Assembly (NCBI GenBank): GCA_018813285.1
Contig: JAHJBY010000104.1
Location: 1-58,881 of the forward strand
Source of the DNA: Candidatus Omnitrophota bacterium
GTDB taxonomy: Bacteria; Omnitrophota; Gorgyraeia; Tantalellales; Tantalellaceae
DNA: 58,881 bases
Direction of reading: 5' to 3'
Below the pieces are notes generated by a model. That model did not search any database. It was not told the DNA's origin and saw nothing but the letters and a program-made list of their open reading frames with translations. Within the stretch, counting starts at the first letter, position 1. Each line of letters begins with the position of its first letter. Position numbers and translations under genes: made by a program. Of this stretch, positions 36,149 to 45,940 are shown piece after piece.

Positions 36149-37933
36149 TCATTTTTTGAACGGCGCGTACTCCTCGCCTGTCCATTGCATACCGAGATGG
36201 CCTGAAAATTCGAGTACATTAAGCCTTATCCCGTGTACAACCACTGCCATTATCGCAAGCGTGATATTCAATGTGTGCCCCATAAAAAGCACGGCTGCCG
36301 CTATTAAACCGCCCATAACGCTTTTGATGCCGCCCCCTATTGCCATACTGTTAAAACTCTCCGCCACAATAACGGTCGCGTATCCTACCGCGAACAACCT
36401 TAAATACGATACAATATCCGAAAAGGCGCTAATGACATTCAGCGGCAGGCTTGTAAGCGTTTGCGTGATGCCTTTCATAATGTTTTTCTGATAATTTTCG
36501 AACACCAGGACCATCATGATCCCCGCGCCAAGCATATACCCGGCGAATATCGGAAAGATTTTACCCACAACGAGCGTCCCTGCCGCAAAAAACATTCCCC
36601 AGAGTATAGAGATCCAACCTGCTTGCGCGATCGCCAGCGGAGAATTGATCACTCTTAAACATCTTTTCCCATGCGCGATGGTCAAGTGAACCACTCCTAT
36701 TGTAAAACTGAGATACATCATGAAGTGTCGGTTGCTGGGTCCAAAGCTGCTTATCTTCTCAATGATGACGCTATTGAACACCGGGAGCCGCGCGATGCCG
36801 CTGGCGCCGAACCATGTTCCTGTCACCGCGCCCCACAGAATAGTCGCGCCGCTTAACAAATACATAAGAAAAAACGGTGCCGGCGGAGCGTTTTTCATCC
36901 TCTTTTTTGCAAAAAACGTCGCCGCGAGGAACAATACACCGTATCCGGCGTCCCCCACAAGCATCGCAAAAAATAAACTGAAAAAGACCAGAAAAACAAA
37001 ACTGATATCAAATTCATCGTAACCGGGAACAGTATTCATGAATTTAAAAACGGGGTCTATTATGCTTATCCACCGCGGGTTCGTTATGAGCGTCGGCGCT
37101 TCAGACGGATCGTCCGGATCCTCGATAAAGTAGCCGGCTCCTTTTTCTTTGGATAGGGAAACAATTTTTTTCACGTCCTTGTCCGGACAGAATCCCCGCA
37201 AATAAGAAAACTTATTTTCTTCGGCCATCCCGAATTTTACCGAAAGGAATTCACAACGATTCTCCATAACTTTTTTTAGCTTTTTGAAATAACCGGATTC
37301 GGCGGCGGCTTCCCGGAGATGCTCTTCCTGTTTACGTACTTTCTCCTCAAAACGTTTTATCTCATTATTAAGCGCTTCAGGGTTCCCAGACGGCAAACTC
37401 ATCTCTTCCAGGTTAAGGCCCGCGGGCATCTCGCAATTCACCAAACAACCGTAAACATACCGCTTATCTTTTCCGGTTACGGTGAATGAGCCAATATCCC
37501 GGGCCTTTTTGAACGCACCTTTCCCCAGGCGGTAAAGTCTGATATCAACGCCTTTATCCTTAAGCCTGGTTACGTCTTCCGGATCGAACGCCCCCCAATA
37601 GCTGAACCTTTCCTTTTCTCTTCGCATCGTCAGGATATCTTTTAAGAACTGTTCTTTTTCATAAAAAACGCTGATAATGTCTTCCGCTTTTTCGTTATAC
37701 GCGTCTTCTGACCATTTTTTGTTCTCCGCGGGCTCTCCGCCCGCGTAATGAGACAATATCGTTATCACCTTGTCCGCTTTGTCAACTTTTTGTCTGGTCT
37801 CGTCCAGGCTTTGCGCCTCCGGCTCTTTCACGGGCTTAACATGAACCGCGCCGATATTCCGCAAAGCGGAAAGAAAATGATCTCTTTCCGGTTCGGTCAC
37901 CAATAATGTTATCTTTTTCATTTTCGCTATCAT
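36149..37933 (-). CDS. atpI: V-type ATPase subunit I (a-subunit)
   Basis: 594 aa with a hydrophilic N-terminal half and a multi-TM C-terminal half containing the conserved Arg region (SYLRLFAVG). Confidence 0.85.
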   Translation of the reverse strand: MIAKMKKITLLVTEPERDHFLSALRNIGAVHVKPVKEPEAQSLDETRQKVDKADKVITILSHYAGGEPAENKKWSEDAYNEKAEDIISVFYEKEQFLKDILTMRREKERFSYWGAFDPEDVTRLKDKGVDIRLYRLGKGAFKKARDIGSFTVTGKDKRYVYGCLVNCEMPAGLNLEEMSLPSGNPEALNNEIKRFEEKVRKQEEHLREAAAESGYFKKLKKVMENRCEFLSVKFGMAEENKFSYLRGFCPDKDVKKIVSLSKEKGAGYFIEDPDDPSEAPTLITNPRWISIIDPVFKFMNTVPGYDEFDISFVFLVFFSLFFAMLVGDAGYGVLFLAATFFAKKRMKNAPPAPFFLMYLLSGATILWGAVTGTWFGASGIARLPVFNSVIIEKISSFGPSNRHFMMYLSFTIGVVHLTIAHGKRCLRVINSPLAIAQAGWISILWGMFFAAGTLVVGKIFPIFAGYMLGAGIMMVLVFENYQKNIMKGITQTLTSLPLNVISAFSDIVSYLRLFAVGYATVIVAESFNSMAIGGGIKSVMGGLIAAAVLFMGHTLNITLAIMAVVVHGIRLNVLEFSGHLGMQWTGEEYAPFKK

Positions 37934-38544
37934 GCGCTGACCAGGTCTTCTTTTTTCTGGATCTTCTCTTTCGCGATCTTGCCTGTAACCACTTCCGCTG
38001 TCTGCAGATCTCCCAGAAAAATGTTTATTTTTTTAATATTCCTCCGGGCCTCGGGTATTTTTACCTTTTCGAAAAGATTAACCCGTTGCGTTGTGGTTCT
38101 GAGCTCCTGCCTTAAAAGTTCCAGCTGCTTCTCATGGATCTGGACCTTAACATCCCTTGTCATGGTCTCCTTCGCCGCTTCTATCCCGGCATCCACCCAC
38201 AAGGGCGTCAGTATCAGATCATACTTCGCGATATCAAACTCCATTTCCGTAAACACAGGTATATCGATTCCGGAAATATTTTCTTCTCCCGTACGGATGT
38301 TCTTTATGCGGATTATGTCCGTGATCATAACGTCTTCGCCGAAGACATCCACCCACTCAAAGATCTTTTGTATGTTTCTTTCCGCTTCCTCTTTTTCTTT
38401 TTCTAACACGTTTTGAACCCTGTTAACCTCCATCTGCAGCTGCTGTTTCTTAAGCTGCAGCGTGGGCAGATAGCGTCCATACATTTTCAGCGCTTCTCTT
38501 TGCTTCTTCAGTTCGCTTTTTGTAAGTCTTATTTTTGCCATCAA
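37930..38544 (-). CDS. atpD: V-type ATPase subunit D
   Basis: 204 aa coiled-coil protein beginning MAKIRLTKSELKKQREALKMYGRYLPTLQLKKQQL, typical of V/A-type D subunits. Confidence 0.85.
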   Translation of the reverse strand: MMAKIRLTKSELKKQREALKMYGRYLPTLQLKKQQLQMEVNRVQNVLEKEKEEAERNIQKIFEWVDVFGEDVMITDIIRIKNIRTGEENISGIDIPVFTEMEFDIAKYDLILTPLWVDAGIEAAKETMTRDVKVQIHEKQLELLRQELRTTTQRVNLFEKVKIPEARRNIKKINIFLGDLQTAEVVTGKIAKEKIQKKEDLVSA

Positions 38545-38566
38545 AAAATCTTCCTATTATTTTTTG

Positions 38567-38640
38567 CCGCCTGTCCCGAGCGAAGCCGAGGGGAGTCCCT
38601 CGACTGCGCTCGGGATAAACGAAGTCGAGGGATGCCCCTT
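38567..38640. repeat. GC-rich REP-like nested palindromic element in the atpB-atpD spacer
   Basis: Three pairings are seen: CCCGAGCG/CGCTCGGG (38575..38582 / 38607..38614), CCCTCGAC/GTCGAGGG (38597..38604 / 38624..38631) and CGAGGG/CCCTCG. AT-rich flanks TTATTTT lie on both sides. Confidence 0.45.
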
Positions 38641-38643
38641 ATT

Positions 38644-39936
38644 TTATTTCGGCCAAAACTCTTCCACCAGATCTGTTCGAAAGTTCGTTTCTTCCGGATT
38701 GAAACATTCCCCGAGGATCTTCCATCCGTTATCAAGCGCTTCCTCCAACGACACATTAACCTTAAGATCCATCATGTGCGATTCGAACAAGCCTCCGTAT
38801 CTCAAGAGCTTGTTGTCCCAATCGCTCATTCTGAAACCCATTGCTTTTTTCTCTTCTGTTTCTTTATATTGCGCGTAAAGTTGTATCATGCCGTCCATAA
38901 TGGCCCGGTGGTCTCCCCGGGTATCCTTGTTTACCTGCTGCTTAAGGCGGCTTAACGAACCAAACGGTTCTATCCTTCCATTCCTAAGATAAAACTGTCC
39001 TTCGGTGATATATCCCGTATTGTCGGGTACCGGATGCGTTATGTCGTCCCCGGGCATCGTAGTCACAGCAAGAATAGTGATCGACCCGGCGTCAACAAAA
39101 TCAACGGCTTTTTCATATCGCACGGCAAGCTGGCTGTAAAGATCACCCGGGTATCCTCTATTGGAAGGAACCTGCTCCATTGTAATGGCTATTTCCTTTA
39201 ATCCATCGGCAAAATTTGTCATGTCCGTCAGAAGAACAAGGACTTTCTTTCCGTGCAGCGCGAACTTTTCGGCAACGGCAAGTGACAGATCCGGCACCAT
39301 CCGTCCTTCAACGATCGGATCGGCGGCAGTGTGTATAAAAAATATGGATCTAGCCAACGCTCCTCCCGCTTCCAGCGTATCGCGGAAATACATAAACTGG
39401 TCGAACTTGAGGCCGATCCCGCCAAGAACGATCATGTCAACTTCCGCCTGAAGGGCGATCCGTGCCATTAGTTCATCGTATGGTTCTCCGGATACGGAAA
39501 ATATCGGCAACTTCTGCGATTCAACAAGAGAATTAAACACATCTATCATCGGGATATTGGTCCTTATCATGTTCTTCGGTATGACGCGGTTCATCGGATT
39601 GACAGGAGGGCCGGCAACCTCGATAAGATTGTCTGTGATCGCGGGGCCGTTGTCCCTGGGAACTCCGCTGCCGGTAAATATCCTGCCCAGCATGTTATCC
39701 GAAAAACCCACTTGCATGGGATGCCCCATAAACCGGACTTCATCGCCTGTTGAAACGCCGCGCGCGCCGGCAAACACCTGCAAAGACACCATATCGCCGT
39801 CAAGGCGTATAACTTGCGCGAGCGATTTTCCGCGCGAGGTCAGTACCGTTGCCAGCTCTTCATTCGCGACCCCATCAGCTTTCACGCTTACCACATCACC
39901 CGCTATCTTCAGTATTTTTGTGCATACTTTTCTCAT
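38644..39936 (-). CDS. atpB: V-type ATPase subunit B
   Basis: 430 aa, non-catalytic B-type sequence (no intact P-loop) with strong family resemblance throughout. Confidence 0.9.
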   Translation of the reverse strand: MRKVCTKILKIAGDVVSVKADGVANEELATVLTSRGKSLAQVIRLDGDMVSLQVFAGARGVSTGDEVRFMGHPMQVGFSDNMLGRIFTGSGVPRDNGPAITDNLIEVAGPPVNPMNRVIPKNMIRTNIPMIDVFNSLVESQKLPIFSVSGEPYDELMARIALQAEVDMIVLGGIGLKFDQFMYFRDTLEAGGALARSIFFIHTAADPIVEGRMVPDLSLAVAEKFALHGKKVLVLLTDMTNFADGLKEIAITMEQVPSNRGYPGDLYSQLAVRYEKAVDFVDAGSITILAVTTMPGDDITHPVPDNTGYITEGQFYLRNGRIEPFGSLSRLKQQVNKDTRGDHRAIMDGMIQLYAQYKETEEKKAMGFRMSDWDNKLLRYGGLFESHMMDLKVNVSLEEALDNGWKILGECFNPEETNFRTDLVEEFWPK

Positions 39937-39958
39937 CGGCTCACCTTCCGGTATGGTC

Positions 39959-41698
39959 TTATCGCGGCGAGTCCTTCTTTTTCTCCGCCAATAAACTGTT
40001 GATCTCTTTTTCTTGTTCTTTAAATTCGGGAGATCCCCACTTCTTGTAATTCCAGTTTATAAATCTGTGTCTTAGATCGTAGAAAAATTTTCTCGCTTCG
40101 TCTTTACTGTCGACCGTGTATTCTCCCTTCAAAACTTCAACAACTTTATTGAACACGTACATCTGGCGTTCTGCGGACGTGGACGCGTCAACTTCGTCAA
40201 ACCCGTTTTGTTGAAAATATACGCTGTCGAGAAAATCGCTTTTGAGATAGACCGTGTAGTCCGCTGTTGTCGTCCCTTCTTCTCCTACGACTTTCATCAT
40301 CCGCGCAACTTCATCTCCCTTGACCATAATCGTCCTGGCACGATCGGTTAGATCCCTGCCTATAAAACTGTTGTATTTACTCCAGCTTTCAAGCGGGTCT
40401 ACAGAGGGGAATTTGCGCGCGTCTGACCGTTCGCGCGAAAGCCCGTGAAAAGCACCCACCACTTTAAGCGTGCTTTGCGTCACAGGCTCTTCAAAGCTTC
40501 CGCCGGCGGGGCTTACCGTCCCCCCTATCGTAAGCGTTCCCGTCGTTCCGTCGTTAAGTGTAACAGCGCCGGCACGCTCGTAGAATTGCGCTATGCGCGA
40601 TTCCAGATACGCGGGGTACGCTTCTTCCCCGGGGATCTCTTCGAGTCTCCCGGAAAGTTCTCTCATAGCCTGCGCCCATCTGGACGTAGAATCCGCCAAA
40701 AGAAGCACGTCAAGCCCCATTTGCCGATAATACTCCGCGATGGTCGCGGCGGTATATACGGAAGATTCCCTTGCCGCCACCGGCATAGACGAGGTGTTGC
40801 AAATGATGATCGTTCTTTCCATCAAAGGTTTTCCCGTGCGCGAATCTATTATCTTTGGAAATTCCTTCAGTGTTTCTACAACCTCTCCGGCCCTTTCTCC
40901 GCAAGCGGCAATGAGAACGATGTCCACCTCCGCGTGTCGGCTGGTAAGCTGCTGCAAAACTGTTTTTCCCGCGCCAAAAGGGCCGGGTATGCAATATGTC
41001 CCGCCCTTTGCCACAGGGAACATCGTATCAATTATCCGGATCCTTGTAATGAGCGCTTCTTTCGGCGGTATCTTTTCTTTATACGCGGTTATGGGTATCT
41101 TTACAGGCCATTCGAACATCATCGTAACGCCAGCTTTTTCGCCATCGGCATTGGACAGGGCGGCGATCTCCTCCGAAACCGAATAGCGCCCTTCTCCCTT
41201 GATCTCTTTTACTGAATATTCCCCACGCAAATGGAACGGCACCATGATCCTGTGTTTGAACATTCCTTCCGGAACGCTTCCCAGTGTATCCCCGGCCTTG
41301 ACGATGTCTCCTTTTTTCGATTCCGGCGTGAACTCCCACTGTTTTTCCGGATCTATCGCGTCCAATTCTTCTCCGACAGGCAGGAAGATGCCGAATCTTT
41401 CGGCTATCTCAGGCAATGGGTTCTGCAGGCCATCGTAGATCTGGGCAAGAAGCCCGGGGCCTAATTGAACTGAAAGCATATGCCTCGCGAATTCCACATC
41501 ATCACCGATTTTTACGCCTTTTGTATATTCGAAAACCTGCATGAACGCGGTGTTTCCGGTGATCTTAACAACTTCCGCTTTAAGCCTCAGATCCCCCTCA
41601 ATGACATATGCCACTTCGTTCTGCAGGACGTCTCCCTCGAACTTAACGGCTATCATGTTAGCGTTGACAGATACGATCTTACCAGTTTTTTTGCTCAT
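39959..41698 (-). CDS. atpA: V-type ATPase catalytic subunit A
   Basis: 579 aa with Walker A GPFGAGKT and the A-subunit non-homologous insert region. Confidence 0.9.
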   Translation of the reverse strand: MSKKTGKIVSVNANMIAVKFEGDVLQNEVAYVIEGDLRLKAEVVKITGNTAFMQVFEYTKGVKIGDDVEFARHMLSVQLGPGLLAQIYDGLQNPLPEIAERFGIFLPVGEELDAIDPEKQWEFTPESKKGDIVKAGDTLGSVPEGMFKHRIMVPFHLRGEYSVKEIKGEGRYSVSEEIAALSNADGEKAGVTMMFEWPVKIPITAYKEKIPPKEALITRIRIIDTMFPVAKGGTYCIPGPFGAGKTVLQQLTSRHAEVDIVLIAACGERAGEVVETLKEFPKIIDSRTGKPLMERTIIICNTSSMPVAARESSVYTAATIAEYYRQMGLDVLLLADSTSRWAQAMRELSGRLEEIPGEEAYPAYLESRIAQFYERAGAVTLNDGTTGTLTIGGTVSPAGGSFEEPVTQSTLKVVGAFHGLSRERSDARKFPSVDPLESWSKYNSFIGRDLTDRARTIMVKGDEVARMMKVVGEEGTTTADYTVYLKSDFLDSVYFQQNGFDEVDASTSAERQMYVFNKVVEVLKGEYTVDSKDEARKFFYDLRHRFINWNYKKWGSPEFKEQEKEINSLLAEKKKDSPR

Positions 41699-42194
41699 TC
41701 TTTACCTCGCAAAGCTTTTGAAATGTTTCTTTTCCTTTTTCTTTAGTAAATTGGGCGAGTCGTTCCAATATCTGGAGCTTAACGTAATACAGCATCAGCC
41801 AGTTCACGTCAAACATGTACTCTGGCTCCTCCCCTTCGACAAAATCCCATCTGGCTTTTGCTATCGCCTTTTCCGCCGAAAGGGGGTCGCGTCCTTCTAT
41901 CTTTTCTTTGGAAAAATACAGGTTTTCCTTGAGCGCGGCACGGCTGTCCTTTGTTCGGATCCCGAAAAGGATCTCTCTTGTTTCCATATCGAACGCTTTC
42001 CACCGCCTTGCGATGTCCGGAACCCCGTCATTGATCCCGGGGTTCTCTGCATCCATCCCGGCGAGCCTTTTCATGTCTTCCGCGCTAAGCCATCTGCGGC
42101 ACTCTTCCATAAACTTGTCTCTCGACAGAAAGTCTTCGCCGTCGAACGAGAGGCGCGGCAAAGACGCTACAAGGTAGTAGTACTTATTGCGCAT
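41679..42194 (-). CDS. DUF2764-family V-ATPase-associated protein (takes the place of subunit C)
   Basis: 171 aa with N-terminal YYYLVASLPRLSF, typical of DUF2764. The position between E and A matches Bacteroidota/Chlamydiota-type operons. Confidence 0.7.
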   Translation of the reverse strand: MRNKYYYLVASLPRLSFDGEDFLSRDKFMEECRRWLSAEDMKRLAGMDAENPGINDGVPDIARRWKAFDMETREILFGIRTKDSRAALKENLYFSKEKIEGRDPLSAEKAIAKARWDFVEGEEPEYMFDVNWLMLYYVKLQILERLAQFTKEKGKETFQKLCEVKNEQKNW

Positions 42195-42801
42195 CCTTGA
42201 GTCCTATGTCGATTATTTTTCGTAGTTTTTTATTCAGGTAAAAATTGAAGGCTTCCGAGATCGCGTCATCTGAAAAATCGTAATACTCATTCTCCCCTTT
42301 CTTCCCGATTCGAAACCCTTTCTTAAGCGCCGGTGAGGCTTTAATGACAACCCCTTTTTTTAACTCTCCCTGGAGTAGGGCCCCCAATGTCTCCCTTAAA
42401 GCCCGTTTATCGTTTTCCCCCAGAAGTATCTCGAGATCAACTTCTTCGCGTTCGATGCTGGTGGTGACCAGCTTGGTAATGATGTCTTTCAAGACATCAG
42501 GTGTAAGTTGCGCGGAAACTTCTTTTTTTATAATGCTGTCTAAGAGCGCTTCCATCTGCGCTCTAATCGCGATGATCACGTCCCGGGCGGCCTGTTTTAT
42601 CGCTACTTCCACGTTTATCCTGAATTCTTCCGCCTCTTTTTCCGCTTTTTCCAGCATAACATCTTTTTGCCGCTTTGCGGAACTTACAATATTCGCGGCT
42701 TTCGTCTCCGCTTCTTTTATAATGGCGGAAGCCCGCTCTTCGGCTCTATTTACTCCTTCGGTCTGGAGCTTTTCTATAACACTGTCGAGATTCATTTCCA
42801 T
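42184..42801 (-). CDS. atpE: V-type ATPase subunit E
   Basis: 205 aa with a long N-terminal helix (EAETKAANIVSSAKRQKD...) and a globular C-terminus. First gene of the operon. Confidence 0.8.
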   Translation of the reverse strand: MEMNLDSVIEKLQTEGVNRAEERASAIIKEAETKAANIVSSAKRQKDVMLEKAEKEAEEFRINVEVAIKQAARDVIIAIRAQMEALLDSIIKKEVSAQLTPDVLKDIITKLVTTSIEREEVDLEILLGENDKRALRETLGALLQGELKKGVVIKASPALKKGFRIGKKGENEYYDFSDDAISEAFNFYLNKKLRKIIDIGLKDAQ

Positions 42802-42831
42802 TCTCCGCTCCCGTGTTAATGATTTTTTGTA

Positions 42832-43413
42832 TTAAAGTTCTTTTCGCGATCCCGGTTTCGTCATGGGGATCCCTTCGAGGCAAAACGGGCAATCTGCTTC
42901 TGTGAAAACCGGAACGTTTAATTTTATCAGGCTTTCGTGTTTGATACCATCAAAATCGATCATTTCCGTGCTTCTGTCGACGAGCGCCGCTATCCCGACG
43001 GGTGTTATCTCTTTCTTCTTCAGTAGCTCCAAAACTTCTTTAACCGACTTCCCTGTCGTTAATACGTCTTCAACTACAAGCACCCGGTCATTCGGCGAGA
43101 CAATAAATCCTCTCCGGATGGCCATTTCTCCTTTATCATTCCTTTCGGCGAAAATGGCTTTTGCCCCCATCACCCGGGCAACTTCATACGCGATTATCAC
43201 TCCGCCCATGGCCGGCCCGATCACGACATCCGGTCGATCTCGCGTGAACTTCTTAGCCAGCGCCTCTGAAAGCCGTGCCGCGATAACAGGGTCTTGCAGC
43301 ACCAGCGCGCATTGCAAATAAAAAGCGGAATGCAATCCGCTGGAAAGCCTGAAATGCCCTTCTCTATATGCCCCGGTCTTCGTGAACAGATCCATGATCT
43401 CCATTTCCCGCAT
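42832..43413 (-). CDS. pyrE: orotate phosphoribosyltransferase
   Basis: GAYREGHFRLSSGLHS and the PRPP loop VLVVEDVLTTGKS. The start is trimmed to ATG 43413, 2 nt after the pyrF stop; the 51-aa N-terminal extension in the track overlaps pyrF. Confidence 0.85.
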   Translation of the reverse strand: MREMEIMDLFTKTGAYREGHFRLSSGLHSAFYLQCALVLQDPVIAARLSEALAKKFTRDRPDVVIGPAMGGVIIAYEVARVMGAKAIFAERNDKGEMAIRRGFIVSPNDRVLVVEDVLTTGKSVKEVLELLKKKEITPVGIAALVDRSTEMIDFDGIKHESLIKLNVPVFTEADCPFCLEGIPMTKPGSRKEL

Positions 43414-43415
43414 AC

Positions 43416-44141
43416 CTATTCCTCCATCTCCTCTAATATTTTCTTCGCGGCTTCTAACGGATCCGCCGCCTGTATTATGGGCCTCCCTACAACAATATAA
43501 TCGGAACCATCCTTGATCGCCTGGCGGGGAGTTATCACCCTTTTCTGGTCGCCGTGAGACGCCCATTCAGGCCGTATCCCCGGTGTTACAACAATAAATT
43601 CCCCGCCCAACATCTTTTTTATCATCTTTGTTTCCCCGGCGGAAGCTACAACCCCGTCCATCCCGGCCTGCCTGGCGCTCCCGGCAAGCGCCGCTACTTG
43701 TTCTTCCACTGTACCCTTAATCCCGATAGTGTTCATCTCCTCCTTATCCATGCTCGTAAGTATGGTCACCCCCAGAAGCAACGGGACATTTCCTCCAACG
43801 GCGGAAGCACCCTCCGTCGCTCCTTTTAACGCGTGCGCCATCATTCGGGTTCCTCCTAAACAATGAAAATTCATCATGAAAACCTTTTTTTTCGCGGCGG
43901 CGAACGCGGCGTTCTCCACGGTGTTAGGTATATCGTGAAATTTAAGATCCAGAAACACCTTTTTTCCGGCTTTCCCCAGTTCTTCAAGAACACTATTCCC
44001 GAAATCCGTGAACGGTGCTATCCCTATCTTGAATATGTCGACCTGCGGCGAAAGTATCTTCACCATTTCATAGCATCTCTTTTCATTCTCGATATCAAGC
44101 GCGACGATTAACTTGTCCCGTGCTGCCATGTTGTCCCTCAT
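43416..44141 (-). CDS. pyrF: orotidine 5'-phosphate decarboxylase
   Basis: LIVALD, FLDLKFHDIPNTV and the C-terminal IVVGRPI motif. Confidence 0.9.
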   Translation of the reverse strand: MRDNMAARDKLIVALDIENEKRCYEMVKILSPQVDIFKIGIAPFTDFGNSVLEELGKAGKKVFLDLKFHDIPNTVENAAFAAAKKKVFMMNFHCLGGTRMMAHALKGATEGASAVGGNVPLLLGVTILTSMDKEEMNTIGIKGTVEEQVAALAGSARQAGMDGVVASAGETKMIKKMLGGEFIVVTPGIRPEWASHGDQKRVITPRQAIKDGSDYIVVGRPIIQAADPLEAAKKILEEMEE

Positions 44142-44198
44142 TTCGTCATTGAAACGTCATCTATGAAAAACGTCCGCATTTTTCACACCCATAGTTTT

Positions 44199-45119
44199 TT
44201 ACACTTTTAGCTTTCCGACAAGATCTCTTATCCTTTTTATCTTTTTCCGGTTCAGGTATTCTTTCAGTTCTTTCAATACACCGGCGCATCGCCCCGGATC
44301 GATAAAATTGGCAGTGCCTACCTGTATCGCGCTTGCGCCTGCCAGAATAAATTCCGCCGCGTCCAGGCCGGTCATAATCCCTCCGATGCCTATGATCGGT
44401 ATGCTTACCTCATTATACGCGCTCCACACCGCGGCAAGCGCCATGGGCTTTATCGCCGGCCCAGAAACCCCACCCGTTACATTCCCCAGAACCGGCCGCA
44501 TCTCTTCCGCGTCAACGGCCATGCCAAAATACGTGTTTACCAAAGAGATCGCGTCCGCTCCGCCGTTTTCAGCGGCTCTGGCGATCTCTCCTATGTCCGT
44601 AACATTCGGTGTTAATTTTGTTATCACGGGGCATTTTATCTTTTTCTTCACCGCCTTCGTGATCTTTTCTGTGATCTTTGGGTCTTGCGCGAACAGCCGG
44701 CGGCGGGCGCCCTTATGGAACACGTTCGGACAAGACAGGTTTATCTCGATCGCGTCGGGCCTATTTTTCCCGGTCAATTTCCCGGCGCATTCCACAAATT
44801 CTTCCGGTGTTTCCCCGGCGATACTAACGATCGTTCCGACCCCGAGCTCCTTCAAAAAAGGCATTTGTTCTTTTTTGAACCATTCGACGCCTTTGTTTTC
44901 AAGCCCTATGGAATTCAATAACCCGGACGGTGTTTCCACGACACGCGGCACCGGATTCCCCCGGCGCGGGCTACGCGTAACTGTCTTAGTAACAACCGCT
45001 CCGATCTCCGTGATCTTTAAAAAGTCCGTAAACTCTTCTCCGTTCCCGAAGGTCCCCGAAGCGGCCCATACGGGGTTTTTAAAGATCGTCTTTCCTATTC
45101 TGACCTTAAGATCTATCAT
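44199..45119 (-). CDS. pyrD: dihydroorotate dehydrogenase class 1B, catalytic subunit
   Basis: 306 aa with NPVWAASGTFG and GIGGI motifs, paired with pyrK. Confidence 0.9.
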   Translation of the reverse strand: MIDLKVRIGKTIFKNPVWAASGTFGNGEEFTDFLKITEIGAVVTKTVTRSPRRGNPVPRVVETPSGLLNSIGLENKGVEWFKKEQMPFLKELGVGTIVSIAGETPEEFVECAGKLTGKNRPDAIEINLSCPNVFHKGARRRLFAQDPKITEKITKAVKKKIKCPVITKLTPNVTDIGEIARAAENGGADAISLVNTYFGMAVDAEEMRPVLGNVTGGVSGPAIKPMALAAVWSAYNEVSIPIIGIGGIMTGLDAAEFILAGASAIQVGTANFIDPGRCAGVLKELKEYLNRKKIKRIRDLVGKLKV

Positions 45120-45940
45120 TTTTCAACCGTCTCTTTGTCCCACTTTAAGATCGCCGCGTTAAAGACCGGGCCGTCTGTGCACGCGAGCTTGACCCCTTCT
45201 GTCGTTTCCACGGCACAACCCCGGCACGCGCCGATGCCGCAAGCCATATATTCATCACGGGTCACTTGCGCGGGAATGCCTGTTGCCTTCGATACGTCCT
45301 GAACCGCCCTGATCATGGGCATCGGTCCGCACGCGTAGATCGTTCCATGTTCTGCGTCTTTTCCATCGCCACTCAAATACTCCATCACCATCTCCGTTAC
45401 TCTCCCTCTTTCTCCGCGGGAACCGTCATCTGTCGATACACGCACCCCGGCGCCGATCTTTTTTAGTTCCTCAACGCATGTGATCTCTTCTCTTGTACAG
45501 GCACCTATAAAAAATTCCACTTTCCTCATTTTGTTTGTTAACTCTTCCGCTAACGCGAAGAGCGGTGCTATCCCATGCCCGCCGGCAATGAGAACCGCGA
45601 CCGCCTTTTTTCTCCGGATTACCGGAGAAACGTCAAAACCTTTCCCGAGCGGACCCAGCATGTCAAGAGATCCGCCGGGAGAGCGCAAGGACAGCAGTTT
45701 TGTACCGGCACCGACAACCTTGTATAACAGTGATATTTCTTCGCCGCGTATTTTGTGTATTCCCAGCGGGATCCGGAGCAACGGGTCTGTCGTGTCATCG
45801 GCGGCTTTGATATTCACGAATTGCCCGGCCCGGCTTTTCTTCCCCATCCAGCGGGACTTTATATCCATCGTAAATATCCCGGGAGCTATTTCCCGGTTGC
45901 GCAGTATTGTCCCTTTTGTGATCTTTTTCGCCGCCTTCAC
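45116..45940 (-). CDS. pyrK: dihydroorotate dehydrogenase electron-transfer subunit
   Basis: 274 aa with an FAD/NAD-binding fold and a C-terminal Cys cluster CGIGACRGC...C for the 2Fe-2S centre. It overlaps pyrC and pyrD by 4 nt each. Confidence 0.85.
   Translation of the reverse strand: MKAAKKITKGTILRNREIAPGIFTMDIKSRWMGKKSRAGQFVNIKAADDTTDPLLRIPLGIHKIRGEEISLLYKVVGAGTKLLSLRSPGGSLDMLGPLGKGFDVSPVIRRKKAVAVLIAGGHGIAPLFALAEELTNKMRKVEFFIGACTREEITCVEELKKIGAGVRVSTDDGSRGERGRVTEMVMEYLSGDGKDAEHGTIYACGPMPMIRAVQDVSKATGIPAQVTRDEYMACGIGACRGCAVETTEGVKLACTDGPVFNAAILKWDKETVEK

Noticed and set aside
38541-38878. ORFs 38541..38756 (-) and 38564..38878 (+) crossing the atpB-atpD spacer.
   Set aside because: They are translation artefacts of the GC-rich palindromic repeat (SEAEGSPSTALGINEVEG-type peptides) and overlap atpB.
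44308-45162. Long plus-strand ORFs antisense to minus-strand genes. Examples are 44308..45162 (284 aa), 47856..48818 (320 aa), 24409..25344 (311 aa), 41541..42200, 31498..32169 (N-terminal part) and 3515..4096.
   Set aside because: These are shadow ORFs opposite well-supported conserved genes (pyrD, pyrB/pyrR, RND, V-ATPase, rmuC). They have Ser/Pro/Arg-rich low-complexity translations, no RBS and no family resemblance.
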